A stretch of DNA of 64,000 bases from an uncultured virus (IMG/VR IMGVR_UViG_3300035185_000031) (IMGVR_UViG_3300035185_000031), one strand, 5' to 3'. Numbered from the stretch's first letter, positions 9,407-19,919 are shown. Translations and numbers: made by a program. The notes: generated by a model not told the origin, from the sequence alone.

Positions 9407-10247
9407 TCTTCTTGCTCCAATCGTCTTCGATGATAGAAACACAGCTCTTGTCGAAGGTCTTCCAGGTCTAACCCGTCGTGAAGCATCATCCGCAAGATGA
9501 TCAGGGTCGCGCCTTCCGGTGAAGGGTTGAGCACGCGCGCCTGGCAACACACGCAGTCGAAGTGTTGGATCTCTACGGTTCCCTCGTCCTCTTCCATCAG
9601 TCGCACGTCAGGCAGATCATCTCTGCGTTGACCCGCATGGGCTCCTTGCACTTCCGGCAGATGCCCCAGGGCTCATCGGCGTCGGCCTCTTCCAGGAAGC
9701 CTCGAACCTGTTCCAGCTTCCAAGCATCAGAGCCAGGACCGTCGAGAACACGACGCAGGGCTTGCCTGCGACTTTGGGCACGATCGCAAACGTTCTCCGG
9801 CGAGAACATGACCTCGATGCGGCGACTTGGACCTACCATGGGATTCTCTGCGGAGGGGGCGGGGGATCCTCGCCCGGCATCACGGCCTTGTAGGCGTCCA
9901 GGCACTTCCTGCACGTGGCTACCTCGTGCTGGAATACTACGAAGGCCCCATCAGCGCTCAAGCCGCACCAGGTCGTGAGCTGGGCATGACGAAAGGTGTT
10001 TCCCAGGTCTATGGAACGGGCCAAGCACGTCCCGTCGTCTTCATGGTTCATGTCTTCGTCTCCTCGGGAGGTAAAGGATCTCGAATGGACTCGTTCCGGG
10101 GGCACTTGTGTGAGATGTGCGCACGCTCCGAATAGCTGAGGCGTCCACAGGAATGGCAGGTCAAGCGCATCGGAGGCCAACCCAAGATCCACAACCAGTG
10201 CTTTAGTCTACGCCAACCGCGTTGGATCTTGGTGGGGTTCTCGTCCG

Positions 10248-10508
10248 TCATTGTGTAACCCTTTCGGGCGGCAGAGGATCTCGGATGGACTCGTTGCGAC
10301 GCAGCCTCTCCAAAATGTCTTCGGCCAGCTCCTCGGGTGACCTCCGGTAGTCGTCGTCATCGAAGTGGATGGGCATGAAAGATCCACCGTTGCCTAAAGG
10401 GATGAACAGGATGATCTTGTCTCGTTCGAGCACCAGGGAATGGCGCATGCCCTCGGGAGGCGGGTAGCGCTTGGTGATGATCCGTAGGAGGGTCTCGGCT
10501 GTTCTCAT
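10248..10508 (-). CDS. Hypothetical protein
   Basis: MRTAETLLRIITKRYPPP...; coupled start. Confidence 0.55.
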   Translation of the reverse strand: MRTAETLLRIITKRYPPPEGMRHSLVLERDKIILFIPLGNGGSFMPIHFDDDDYRRSPEELAEDILERLRRNESIRDPLPPERVTQ

Positions 10509-10954
10509 AGCGTGAGGCTCGTAGTAGTCGATCGAGGAGGACGACGGAACTCGACGTGATCTCTGATCTCGATGCTGGGGTGTTCTTGCGAGACGGCTCG
10601 CATCAGGGCTCTCCCTCCCGGCGAAATCGTGGTGACGTGGATCAGCTTGGGACAGCTTTGGCGGATGACGTGGTTCCAAAGAATCGTGCCCATGCCTTTG
10701 AGGCGGTGGGAAGGAGCAACCCACGTCCCTTGCGCGAACAGCTCGGTGTCGCTCACGCTGTAGCGGAACCAGCCACGGATCTTTCGGCGACTCGTAGCCA
10801 GGACGACGTGCGTCGAGGACTCGTCTTCGAAGCCGAGGAGGAAGTCGTAGGCTTCGTGCCCAAGGGCCTCGATGGCGTCCGGCTTGCACTGAAGACCCCA
10901 GGGACTCCAGGTAAGCCAGTGGTCGGTAGAGATCCGAATCTCTGTCGGGTTCAC
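10505..10954 (-). CDS. GNAT-family acetyltransferase
   Basis: Motif A: WVAPSHRLKGMGTILW. Confidence 0.7.
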   Translation of the reverse strand: MNPTEIRISTDHWLTWSPWGLQCKPDAIEALGHEAYDFLLGFEDESSTHVVLATSRRKIRGWFRYSVSDTELFAQGTWVAPSHRLKGMGTILWNHVIRQSCPKLIHVTTISPGGRALMRAVSQEHPSIEIRDHVEFRRPPRSTTTSLTL

Positions 10955-11397
10955 TCGGTCTCCTTGCTCGGCACTCCCCAGCCTTTCGGGATGTCGCTGG
11001 GCCCTTCCTTCGGGAGGTCGCTGGGTGGGTTCACGAACCAGTCTGCGGGGCACCACGGGCCTGTCTCGTGGTCCTCCATGAACATCTCCCACTCCTGGGG
11101 GGTCAGGGCTCGCTCCACGGAATGGATGTCGGAGTCGTAGTCCCCGTCAGGGCATCGGTACGTGTCGATGCGGATCTTCGACATCCAGATGCCTGCCGGA
11201 ACACCGTCGAAGACGTCGCTCTCCCCGATCTCGTCCATCCAGAACTCGATACCTGGACCGATGTAGGCGAGGACCTTGGACCGCTTCCCGTCGCTGACCA
11301 AGAGCGCGAGATCCGGTGGACGCTCGTCCTGGGGTTTGTACTCGGGCGGCTCATCATGCTCGAACTTAGGATACGGCTTCATCTCTTCGATCGGCAT
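10951..11397 (-). CDS. Acidic hypothetical protein
   Basis: 148-aa ORF with GAAGGA RBS. Confidence 0.6.
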   Translation of the reverse strand: MPIEEMKPYPKFEHDEPPEYKPQDERPPDLALLVSDGKRSKVLAYIGPGIEFWMDEIGESDVFDGVPAGIWMSKIRIDTYRCPDGDYDSDIHSVERALTPQEWEMFMEDHETGPWCPADWFVNPPSDLPKEGPSDIPKGWGVPSKETE

Positions 11398-11409
11398 CGT
11401 GTGTTCCTT

Positions 11410-11613
11410 CTACAGCTCCAAGAGGCACCGGACCTGGTCGAACATCTGCGGGTCCGTGCCAGGACACGGCATGATCTCCCCACAGGTCTCGCAGTACTCA
11501 GCCTTGCCCGTCCCGCGGCACAAGGAGCATGGGTTCGTCCTCTTCTTCCGACTCTTCCCGGACCCGTTGCAGTCCGGGCAGGTCCTGAACACGAGGTCCT
11601 GTCGACCCATCAT
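11410..11613 (-). CDS. DnaJ-type zinc-finger small protein
   Basis: CPDCNGSG and CSLCRGTG (CxxCxGxG repeats). Confidence 0.6.
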   Translation of the reverse strand: MMGRQDLVFRTCPDCNGSGKSRKKRTNPCSLCRGTGKAEYCETCGEIMPCPGTDPQMFDQVRCLLEL

Positions 11614-12326
11614 TGGTTCGTCTTCCTCGGTAACGTGGGGTCGGTAGGGCTCAGCGTGCCGTCCTCACACAGCCACATATCGCAACGAAGGCAAACGGTG
11701 GGAGCGATAGGGCGCACGATCGTACCGCCGTTGTCGTCAACATATCCACCTAGAACGTTCCATCGGTGCCCATGGATCCGGCACTCTCTCTTGGCCATCC
11801 AAGTACGGAAGCGAGACCTGAGGCCCTTCGCCAGCGAAGCCACGGCTCACCAAAAGATCAAGAAGCGGATAACCGCGCTTGCGAAGAGACCAAGACCGAA
11901 GCCGACACCGAGCCCGTACAGGAAGCGTTGTCGAGCCCTTGGAGAGGTGTGGGCCATGTCGACCCCGGCGTTGAACCCCCGGAGGTACTCCGTCTCGACC
12001 ATCAGCTCCAGGTCGTTGCGGGGATAGACGCGGGGTTCATGATCTACTTGCGTGTGCATTGAAGGCTCCTGTTGTCTCGACAGGGTTCGGTGTTTGGGCA
12101 CGCATCGAGCTGAGCGAAGAAGGCGCCCCAGTAGAAAACCAGGTCAGCGAACGGCGTCAGCATCGCTTCCCCTTGCCGGGGTGCTTGGGACGGCGAGGGA
12201 CGGCGTGAGGCGACGGCTCCTGCTTGACCTCGACTTCGCAAGACGAGCACTTGTAGGAGATCGTGAAGGTCTCGGGATCCAAGACGCTCACGAGATCCCC
12301 ACCGCACTTCTCGCACTTGGGCGGTG

Positions 12327-12653
12327 TCACGCTTCTCCCTCCGGGCGGACTTCGGGATGGTCCGTACGACGGAACCCGGTGAGGGTCTTCTCATCGTCAT
12401 CGAAGACCGCGGCAACGTAACCCCAGCCGGCCTTCTCGCCTTCGGGGATGGTGCCCACGATGCCGTTGATGATGCCCAGGAGCCCCACCTTGGTCACGCC
12501 GTCGTGGATGCCTACCTGGACGCTCGGGTGATTGGCAAGCGCCTCGTTGCAGGGGACGCGAGAAGAGATGAGAGCCTTCAGCGCTTCAGGGTCGTGGGAA
12601 TGGATCTCGTTCAGGCGCGCAATCACAAGGTCCGCTAGCTCGGAGTCCGTCAT
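12327..12653 (-). CDS. Phage hypothetical protein
   Basis: 108 aa; TTGACA-17-TAGCCA promoter immediately upstream. Confidence 0.65.
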   Translation of the reverse strand: MTDSELADLVIARLNEIHSHDPEALKALISSRVPCNEALANHPSVQVGIHDGVTKVGLLGIINGIVGTIPEGEKAGWGYVAAVFDDDEKTLTGFRRTDHPEVRPEGEA

Positions 12654-12713
12654 CGGTACTGGCTACCCTATACGCTAAGTATTGTCAAGGGAGCCGCTTT
12701 TGGCGCAGGTTTC

Positions 12714-12735
12714 GATGCGTCCATATGGACGCATC
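12714..12735. repeat. Dispersed palindrome, copy 4 (GATGCGTCCATATGGACGCATC)
   Basis: Perfect 22-bp palindrome, identical to copy 3. Confidence 0.9.
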
Positions 12736-12754
12736 CGGCTAGGATGCGCTCGAC

Positions 12755-13099
12755 CTAGAACATGCCCGAGGGCAACTTGATCTTCATGTCGTTCGCGGCC
12801 TTGAACACGTTGTTCCGAACCAGCTCCGGGCTCCAGTTCTTGCCCTTGAGCATGAGACCCTGAATGCGATTCAGAGCGTCCGCGGTGCCCTGGTCGATCT
12901 CCATCTTCTTGCGCAGCTCTCGAAGGACATCCATGAGCAGTTTGCCAGCCTGCTCGTCCTTCTCTTCTACACGATCGACCATAGCCAACATCTCTTTGGT
13001 AGGGATGACGTAGTCGATGACGCTCTTGCTCTCAGAGATATCACGAGCCCTGACAGCCTCGACCATCTCGTAACCTTCTTGAATCGCTTTCTTGTCCAT
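12755..13099 (-). CDS. Putative internal virion protein (MDKKAIQEGY leader)
   Basis: Leader MDKKAIQEGYEMVEAVRARDISE matches 6017-6397. Confidence 0.7.
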   Translation of the reverse strand: MDKKAIQEGYEMVEAVRARDISESKSVIDYVIPTKEMLAMVDRVEEKDEQAGKLLMDVLRELRKKMEIDQGTADALNRIQGLMLKGKNWSPELVRNNVFKAANDMKIKLPSGMF

Positions 13100-13209
13100 G
13101 CTCAACACCTGCCCGGGAAGGGAGGATCTAGGAGCCCCTAGGCTACCACAAGGCCCAGGGCGCGGGCACTGACACTCTCGTAGCGAAGGTTGGTGGTAAA
13201 CTCCCGGCC

Positions 13210-13668
13210 ATGACCATCGCCATCGAAACGATCCTTGCTCTACTCGGGGCTCTGCTCATCCTTACCGGAGGCATTGGAGGAGGCTTCGAGATCAAGGAAG
13301 CCAAGATCCCGAAGGTCGGTCTGGGAGGGCGAATCGTCAGTCTCGTGATGGGCGTGTGCTGCTTGATCATTGCGGTGGGAATGTCCATCGGAGACGACGA
13401 GGACGAAGAGGACGCGAGCACCGAGGACCCTATCGAAGAGACGGATGTCGAGATGCGCATGGGGGAGACCGTAGAAGAGGATCTCGAACCGTTCGAAGGC
13501 CCTCCTCTGCGCGACGAAGAAGAAGAAGACCTCATCCCTCTCGACCCGCCGCCGTATCCCGAACCCATCCAATACGTACCGTTCAACGGAGATGAGGACA
13601 CCTCTCCCGTTCCTCCGCCTCCGCCCTTGCCTCCGCCTCCGGAGCCCCGCTTCCCACCAGAACCCTGA
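13210..13668 (+). CDS. Membrane protein, 2 TM segments with an acidic/Pro-rich tail
   Basis: Two hydrophobic helices, D/E-rich and poly-Pro C-terminus. Confidence 0.65.
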   Translation: MTIAIETILALLGALLILTGGIGGGFEIKEAKIPKVGLGGRIVSLVMGVCCLIIAVGMSIGDDEDEEDASTEDPIEETDVEMRMGETVEEDLEPFEGPPLRDEEEEDLIPLDPPPYPEPIQYVPFNGDEDTSPVPPPPPLPPPPEPRFPPEP

Positions 13669-14160
13669 GCCTCGTGGTATCGTCGCTACACAAGATGAAG
13701 GACCTCAGCCACTGCCCCTCATGTAACGCGCCTGCCGACCTCCTCAAGGACGGTACCTTACGCTTCACTCATGCACGCGGTTGCCTCATGGGACGTCTGG
13801 TGCGGAATGGAATCGCAGGCTCGGTAGGAACACCGCGCTTGCCACAGTACCCGCACGATGCACTGATCTGTTCGGCTTGCGGAACAGTCTCCGAAGCAGG
13901 ATCCTTTCCCACAGGCTACCTCGACGGGGTGAACGATCAGTGGCGCGCGTCGCAGGAATGTCCCACGTGCTGGGCTATCGCCGAAGCCGTAAAGGCCGCG
14001 TCATGAGAGTCCTACCAACGTCCTTGATCTTGACCCCCTTCGCGGCTCCCAAGATGAAGGATTGGAGGATCCACAAGGCGTGGTACACCTTCCCCAACGG
14101 AGGCTGGCAACTCGATGTCAGGTGGCGAGGCTGGTGCTTTCAAATCGAGAGCCTCGTCGC

Positions 14161-14817
14161 CTAACCCCCGAGAAGAAGCCCGTTCCGAACAAGAGCCTGA
14201 TGGGACCAGTGGTCGGAGGTCTGGACATGATCTTCTCGCACCCATTTCGCTACCGCGTCTCCGAAGCACTCAGTGTCGAACGACTCCTCCCAACGCACGA
14301 CCACGCCCTCACGCTCTCTATGCAGTCCCTTCGCCCGAGCATGCTCTTCGATCGCCTCTTGCAGGTCTGAAGCGCTCTCGAACCGACCAACTTCTAGCCG
14401 AGGCACGGTGAAAGTCCGAAGGCAATCGGCCCAGGCTTCGACCTCCTCCCACTCCGCCCACGAGCCGCTGGCGACATCTCGGACTCCAAACACCAGGAAG
14501 TAGCTCGGGAGGTTTGTGTACGCGATGCTGTGTCGCGCGTAGAGCCACTCACCGAAGATCTGAATGTCCCCTCCGATCAGGCCCTTCACCGAAGCATGGT
14601 ACGCCTTGAACGCATCGAAGCTCGGATGCTTGGGAGCGGAAGCGTGACTTCGAGCAAAGCATCCGTCTCGTTCCAGACACACGTTGGACCCGTCCATCTT
14701 CTCCGTGATGACGAGCGGGATCCGAAGGAGAGTATCCACGGACGAGAGTCGACGGTCGTCCTTCGAGCCTCCCGGGCTGTAGGGAAGATGCGGGGTTCTG
14801 GGATACTTGGGCGACAT
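14161..14817 (-). CDS. RNA ligase family protein (Rnl2-like nucleotidyltransferase)
   Basis: KYPRTPHLP, TEKMDGSN (motif I), FGEW, EGVVVR, AKWVR. Confidence 0.85.
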   Translation of the reverse strand: MSPKYPRTPHLPYSPGGSKDDRRLSSVDTLLRIPLVITEKMDGSNVCLERDGCFARSHASAPKHPSFDAFKAYHASVKGLIGGDIQIFGEWLYARHSIAYTNLPSYFLVFGVRDVASGSWAEWEEVEAWADCLRTFTVPRLEVGRFESASDLQEAIEEHARAKGLHREREGVVVRWEESFDTECFGDAVAKWVREDHVQTSDHWSHQALVRNGLLLGG

Positions 14818-14857
14818 CTCAACCCTTCTCGTACCCTATACACTAGGGATTGTCAAG

Positions 14858-14877
14858 ATGCGTCCACATGGACGTAC
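14858..14877. repeat. Dispersed palindrome, copy 5 (ATGCGTCCACATGGACGTAC)
   Basis: Lies between two divergent -35 boxes (14851-14856 minus, 14886-14891 plus). Confidence 0.85.
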
Positions 14878-14920
14878 GTAGAGGCTTGACGCGCCCCCTT
14901 TCTCTCAGCAAGATTGGACC

Positions 14921-15042
14921 AATCCTCTTTCCGTCTCATGCGGAAGAGGAGGTCCCGACAGGACGAAGGGTGTCCTGGTAGGCCGCCTTCGGATCTGGTC
15001 CCCCGGAGACGGCTCCTGTTGGGGTACTAGACTAGGACCACT
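14921..15042 (+). ncRNA. Candidate structured small RNA
   Basis: TTGACG-17-CAAGAT promoter, no ORF, several complementary stems. Confidence 0.45.
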
Positions 15043-15324
15043 CTAATACCCACGCCCTAGCACTCGGGTTCCGCGTGCTGGGGCGCTTTTAGTTTGCCAA
15101 CAGCTTCTGCGTGACCGAGCAGTGAATCGCATGCGTCGTCGTCTCCTTGCACTCCCGACACGGGATACGCGGTAGGGGCGGGGAGGGCTGGGGCAGTACC
15201 TCGGGAGCTGCGAACCTACAGACCTTGCAGAACGCGCATTGCTCGCAGTAGGCAATCAGGCCGCACTGGGGACAGCGAGTAGCCCAATGGCGAAGGACAT
15301 GGAAGACGTTCTTTAGGAAGGACA

Positions 15325-16059
15325 CTAGAGATCGACCACCAGACTGTCTTGGAACTCGGCGTTCAGCTCGTGAGACACGTAACCGAAGGGGTTGCACAGA
15401 ACGCGGGTACCGCTTTCTAGCGTACGGTCGACCGAGCTATGCGTGTGACCGTGCATCCAAAGCTTAGGTTTTCTATCGGCAATCAACTGAGACATATCGC
15501 AAAGGAAAAAAGCATTGAGAGGGCTACCTCGATACTTCGGATGGATGGCTTCCGGAACGGGTAGGTGGTGCGTGATCACCACGTCGCCCTCGCGCAGATC
15601 CTCTTCGAGAAAGATCCTCGCTCTCCTGTTCTCCTCGTAGACCCAGGCTCGAAAGTCACGAATGACGTGGAAGTCATTCAAGTGCCCTTCGTAGGGTCTG
15701 GCTTTTGGATCTTCACGGAACCACAGAGTCGTCCCAAGAAAGCGCTGTCCGCTGATTTCAATGGTGTGTCCATCGAGCCAGTGTAGGTTGTCGTTCAGCT
15801 CACGGGCCTTGCGGGTCTCGCGCAAGACGCTCCTTCGGTCCGACATGTAGAACTCATGGTTGCCGTGAACGTATACAACGTGCGCATCCTTGTATCGACG
15901 ACAGATCAAACCCAAAGCATCGGAGATCTGTTCACCCACTGCGAGGTCTCCAGCAACGACCAGGACGTCCACGCCCTCGGGGTTCAGGGAGTTTACGAAG
16001 GACGCACCTTTGTCCGCGTGGAACTCGAAGTGCAGGTCGCTGATTAGCTGTAGCTTCAT
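15325..16059 (-). CDS. Calcineurin-like metallophosphoesterase
   Basis: SDLH, AGD, GNHE, THH and HGHTH motifs. Confidence 0.9.
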   Translation of the reverse strand: MKLQLISDLHFEFHADKGASFVNSLNPEGVDVLVVAGDLAVGEQISDALGLICRRYKDAHVVYVHGNHEFYMSDRRSVLRETRKARELNDNLHWLDGHTIEISGQRFLGTTLWFREDPKARPYEGHLNDFHVIRDFRAWVYEENRRARIFLEEDLREGDVVITHHLPVPEAIHPKYRGSPLNAFFLCDMSQLIADRKPKLWMHGHTHSSVDRTLESGTRVLCNPFGYVSHELNAEFQDSLVVDL

Positions 16060-16291
16060 GATGTGGGCTTGTCTCCGGAGTCCCTCCGGACCAGGAACGT
16101 GACCGCATGCGGAGGCTTCTCTTTGTGGGCAAGCGCCGCGTAGACAGATCCTATGATGTGGTTCACCGCTTCGTCTTCGGACTCGCCGCCATCGCAAGAC
16201 AGCTGATAGAGATCGTTCGCTGCCGACCAACCCCGCTCGTCCTGCCAGACGCGCACATAGAAGACGCGAGCGTTCACACGCATGTGCGTAA

Positions 16292-16729
16292 TCACAGAGC
16301 CTCCAGGAGCATCCTCGGTCCGTTCGGATCCAAGCCTGAACCTTTGCAGTGCACACACTCCTCGGATTTGGACCCGAGGCACGAGGGGCATGCAACGTAG
16401 GCGCGCACTGCTTTCTCCAAGCGATCCCTATCACGTAGAGCTGCACGTGCCCGGCATCCCAGGCAAACCCCGCACGGAGGCTCGTCTCCATGAGCGATCG
16501 TGATGCATCCGATGGGATGCGCATCGGTGCTTGCGTGACCGAGAGCTTCACGCAGACGTTGGACTTCGTCGCGGAGGTTCTCTGCGGTCTGAGCTAGTGC
16601 AAGCACCGCGTTATCTCCTATGAGACTACGCCATTGCTCGCCGTAACGAAGCAGCTCGAACTTGCCGTCTGCGTGTTGGACGAACGTATACTTTCCGTCA
16701 GCCACAGCTACGTTGAGTAGATCACTCAT
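16292..16729 (-). CDS. Hypothetical protein with coiled coil and CxxCxGxG finger
   Basis: CPSCLGS...CVHCKGSG. Confidence 0.55.
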   Translation of the reverse strand: MSDLLNVAVADGKYTFVQHADGKFELLRYGEQWRSLIGDNAVLALAQTAENLRDEVQRLREALGHASTDAHPIGCITIAHGDEPPCGVCLGCRARAALRDRDRLEKAVRAYVACPSCLGSKSEECVHCKGSGLDPNGPRMLLEAL

Positions 16730-17123
16730 CAGCTCCATCTCCCACGGCAGGCTGACCACAAAACCAACGAGTCGCGCAGTGGTTGCCAAACATGTTCACA
16801 TCTTCCATCTCGACGGCTTCGCACCATACGACATCCGTCGGATCTTCGCACCGCACGCCCATGATACCAATGTGCGAACTCTCTGTTCCGACAACGACTT
16901 CGTTGGGGCACGATGCGTGGACCGGCTCGCAAGTCCGCTCACAGAGCTTCAGCGCTTTTCTTACGCGAACCTCGGCCTCGTTCAACAGCTTGATTTGCTC
17001 CGCGTACTCGACCCTGTAACGTTCTGTCGTACCGTTGATCCCCCGCACCACTCCCTCGTAGTACGCCGACGCAAGCGCCGCTGCACTAGCTCCGGCCCAT
17101 AGGATTCTCCGTAGAAGACTCAT
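16722..17123 (-). CDS. Cys-rich exported/membrane-anchored protein
   Basis: N-terminal hydrophobic segment, many Cys. Confidence 0.5.
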   Translation of the reverse strand: MSLLRRILWAGASAAALASAYYEGVVRGINGTTERYRVEYAEQIKLLNEAEVRVRKALKLCERTCEPVHASCPNEVVVGTESSHIGIMGVRCEDPTDVVWCEAVEMEDVNMFGNHCATRWFCGQPAVGDGADE

Positions 17124-17413
17124 CTCTTTCCTCGAACCAACTTGCGGATGTCTTTGCCGTCTCTCAGATCTACTGCATCGCAAACCCGGTCCTCGAACGG
17201 AGGCACGGGATCGTCGTCTCGGGAGCCTCGGGTGTCGATCTCGTCCACCCCTACCGTGGGCAGGTCGCAGGGGCGCCATACGTACTGGCACCTCGAACAA
17301 AGATGCGATCTGTGCGGCGGGTTCTCCCACCCCTTCTCGGGCTCCGGAGCATCGATGTGCTGGAACCCGCAACGCGGGCAGTGGAGAACCATCGGAATTG
17401 GGTCAGGCATCAA
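17120..17413 (-). CDS. Zinc-finger hypothetical protein (CPRCGFQHIDAPE...HRSHLC)
   Basis: Cys/His-rich motif typical of small phage proteins. Confidence 0.65.
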   Translation of the reverse strand: MMPDPIPMVLHCPRCGFQHIDAPEPEKGWENPPHRSHLCSRCQYVWRPCDLPTVGVDEIDTRGSRDDDPVPPFEDRVCDAVDLRDGKDIRKLVRGKR

Positions 17414-17622
17414 ACCTCACAGATAACGCGGTACAAAGAAGAGGGCAAAGGTCAACAAGACCACGCCCAAAATCAACCCGAGGTCCCACAGAAACTCGGA
17501 TAGCGGCGGTTCGCCGTCGTCAGGCATCGCACCACCCCTTCTCGGGCTCCGAAGCATCAATGTGCTGGAAGCCGCAACGCGGGCAATGCAGCACCATGAG
17601 TATGGGAACGTTCGGCACAGAC

Positions 17623-18696
17623 TTACTCGACTGCGCGCGCACAAGGCCACGTATCCAGGCCAAAGTCGCGCACAGTGTTCTGGAGTATCTTGACGAGCTG
17701 AGGATCCATACCGAAGCGCTTGGTGTTGATGTCGATGCTCCGCATGACGTCTCCGTCGTCGTGCCGCATCGAAGCGGCCTTCCAATCGATGATCATCTCC
17801 AGGAGATCAACTAGGTTCATGAACCTCATGTCGCTGCGGGGTCCGTAGACTTCGACGTTCTCGCTGGTGAACGTAAGATCTAAATGGGACACACCATCCC
17901 CTTCGATGCAACGCCAGATGCCCCCAGAGTTGACCCCCTCGTAGCCCCGCTTGTGTAGCTCTACGACCATCTTCTGAATACCCAACGTCGTTAGGTCTTC
18001 TTCGACGCAGTGAACGACGAACTTGGCCCCAGACGGTCTCAAACCTTCGTCGTAGGCATGCTTCAGGTTCTCTGAAGGCGTTACCCATTCAAGATTCCCG
18101 AGGTAGTTGTCTTGTTTGTCGCCGTTCAGATGATTCACTTGATCTCTACGACCTTGCGGCGCGCCCAAAAAAGCCGTAGCCACCAAACGATGAACCTGGT
18201 GATTCTTCGCGAGTCCGTCTTTTTTGAGCTGAAGGCGTAAGTAGCCCTTTGGAGTAACATGTGGCTTCAGGACACGGGAGGAGACTGTAACATCCCCTGT
18301 CGGACCTGATCTCTCGGCCACCCTCTCCAAGCTGCGAACGTCACCGAAATTACTGACCTCGTACAGGCCCTCGTACCCTACTACAGGAAGCCACTTCTCC
18401 TCATTGGCTCTCTTCCACTCCGGGTGGTGTCTATTGTGCGCGTAGTGGTTGTCCAGAGCAGGCTTCATCTTCTGAAGGAAGCCCTTGTACTCCTCGCTCC
18501 CGTACGTCGATCCCTTGAGCTTGGGCGTGTACTCGACGAACGTCTGACGCTCGACGTCTCCCAGCTTCGATTGGTCGTGGATCTCTCCTCGGCGTAGTAG
18601 CTCCGCAACTACCATGTTGAGGAGATTTCGGATCACCTCGATGTGCTTGTAGGTCTCGTAGTTCGTCGCCTTCTCTTCAAGGGTTAGGTCAGCCAT
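17623..18696 (-). CDS. DUF5662/HD-like protein with in-frame NUMOD4-HNH endonuclease insertion
   Basis: HDQSK...YGSEEY...NRHHPE and MNLVDLLEMIIDWKAA flank WLPVVGYEGLYEVSNFG and HRLVA..F...VNHLNGDKQDN...NLEW. Confidence 0.8.
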   Translation of the reverse strand: MADLTLEEKATNYETYKHIEVIRNLLNMVVAELLRRGEIHDQSKLGDVERQTFVEYTPKLKGSTYGSEEYKGFLQKMKPALDNHYAHNRHHPEWKRANEEKWLPVVGYEGLYEVSNFGDVRSLERVAERSGPTGDVTVSSRVLKPHVTPKGYLRLQLKKDGLAKNHQVHRLVATAFLGAPQGRRDQVNHLNGDKQDNYLGNLEWVTPSENLKHAYDEGLRPSGAKFVVHCVEEDLTTLGIQKMVVELHKRGYEGVNSGGIWRCIEGDGVSHLDLTFTSENVEVYGPRSDMRFMNLVDLLEMIIDWKAASMRHDDGDVMRSIDINTKRFGMDPQLVKILQNTVRDFGLDTWPCARAVE

Positions 18697-19919
18697 CGCG
18701 GGGCTCCTGTACCAAGCGCTGCATTCCGCGCACCTCCGCGAGCAGCCGCTTCGCCTCTCGACGAACCCACGCTGACCTGCGCTTGATCGGCCCCAGTTCA
18801 GCGGCTGTTTGCGCTTGAATGCAACGCTCGACCCGGTGCTTCAGGCACATGATTTCAGCATCCGGCGCGCCCGCGCTTTGCCTCTGCTCTATGAGCGCAT
18901 TGAGACGACGAAGCTCTTGATCTAAGTAGCGAACCCGATTCATTACCGCAACCCCTGACGGCTCTCTCGGGTGAGAGTCTCTAGTGTCTCCTGCTCGTAG
19001 CGGTCCTCGACCGACAACTCGCAAGCGCCGCCGTTGAAGCACACATCACAGACCGCGCACAAAGGTCCTCCCTGACCGTCCTCGCTGCCGACTGGCTCTT
19101 CCTGAACTACCGAGCGCTGCCGATTCATTCAGCCCCCTCGTCGTCGAGATCCAGCGGGCAGTGGCGCCCTGAACACGCGGGCTCTCCGTCCCGTAGCTGA
19201 GGGCACTCGGACCAGTCGCAGTATCCGTCATCATCGGCCTGACATCTCGTAAAGCGACGCTGCTGCGTGTCGTACCGCTGGGTCGGCTTAACTAGGGGGC
19301 AGGGTCGATTCATTCAGTCACCTCACCGAGCACGACAATAGTTCCTCCACATTCAGGGCACGGAGGCATTTTGCGCATCACGGTACGACTTGCGCTGCAA
19401 CAGAGAAAGCAGTCCGCTCGCCGCGTGTCCCGAAGTCGATAGCGTCGGTAACCGAACAGCCCGAACATCCAGGAGACGATCCTCTTAACCCAACGGCGCG
19501 GTCGACTCACTGTGATTTCTCCAGCAGGGTCCGCAACCGCTTGACCTCGGCACGCGCCTCATTGCGCTCCTGGAGAAGCTCGTCTCTCGCGCGCTGCAAC
19601 CTGGTCGCTCCCTGCTCGAACGCACGCGCCCGACGCTCCATCTCGTCCCGCTCGGTGCGTAGGCTATCACGCTCCGCCACCACGCCTGAGATGGATGCGT
19701 GAAGATGCTCGAAACCGATCACAATGTTGGTGCCTTTGCTACCATCATCTGAAGAGGGTACCGAGTCGTTGATCATCTTCCGGACCTCGTGACTTGAATC
19801 GCTCATGGTTTTCGGCTCCAACCTCGTCAGTAACGGCATGAACCCGCCATCAGTAGTCCTCGTTACTACCTTCTAGGATAGGGATTGTCAAGCACAGGCG
19901 CAGCCGCTAGACTGGCTCG

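Noticed and set aside
17830..18415. Intein or group I intron around the HNH
   Set aside because: No intein terminal residues and no non-coding ribozyme flanks visible
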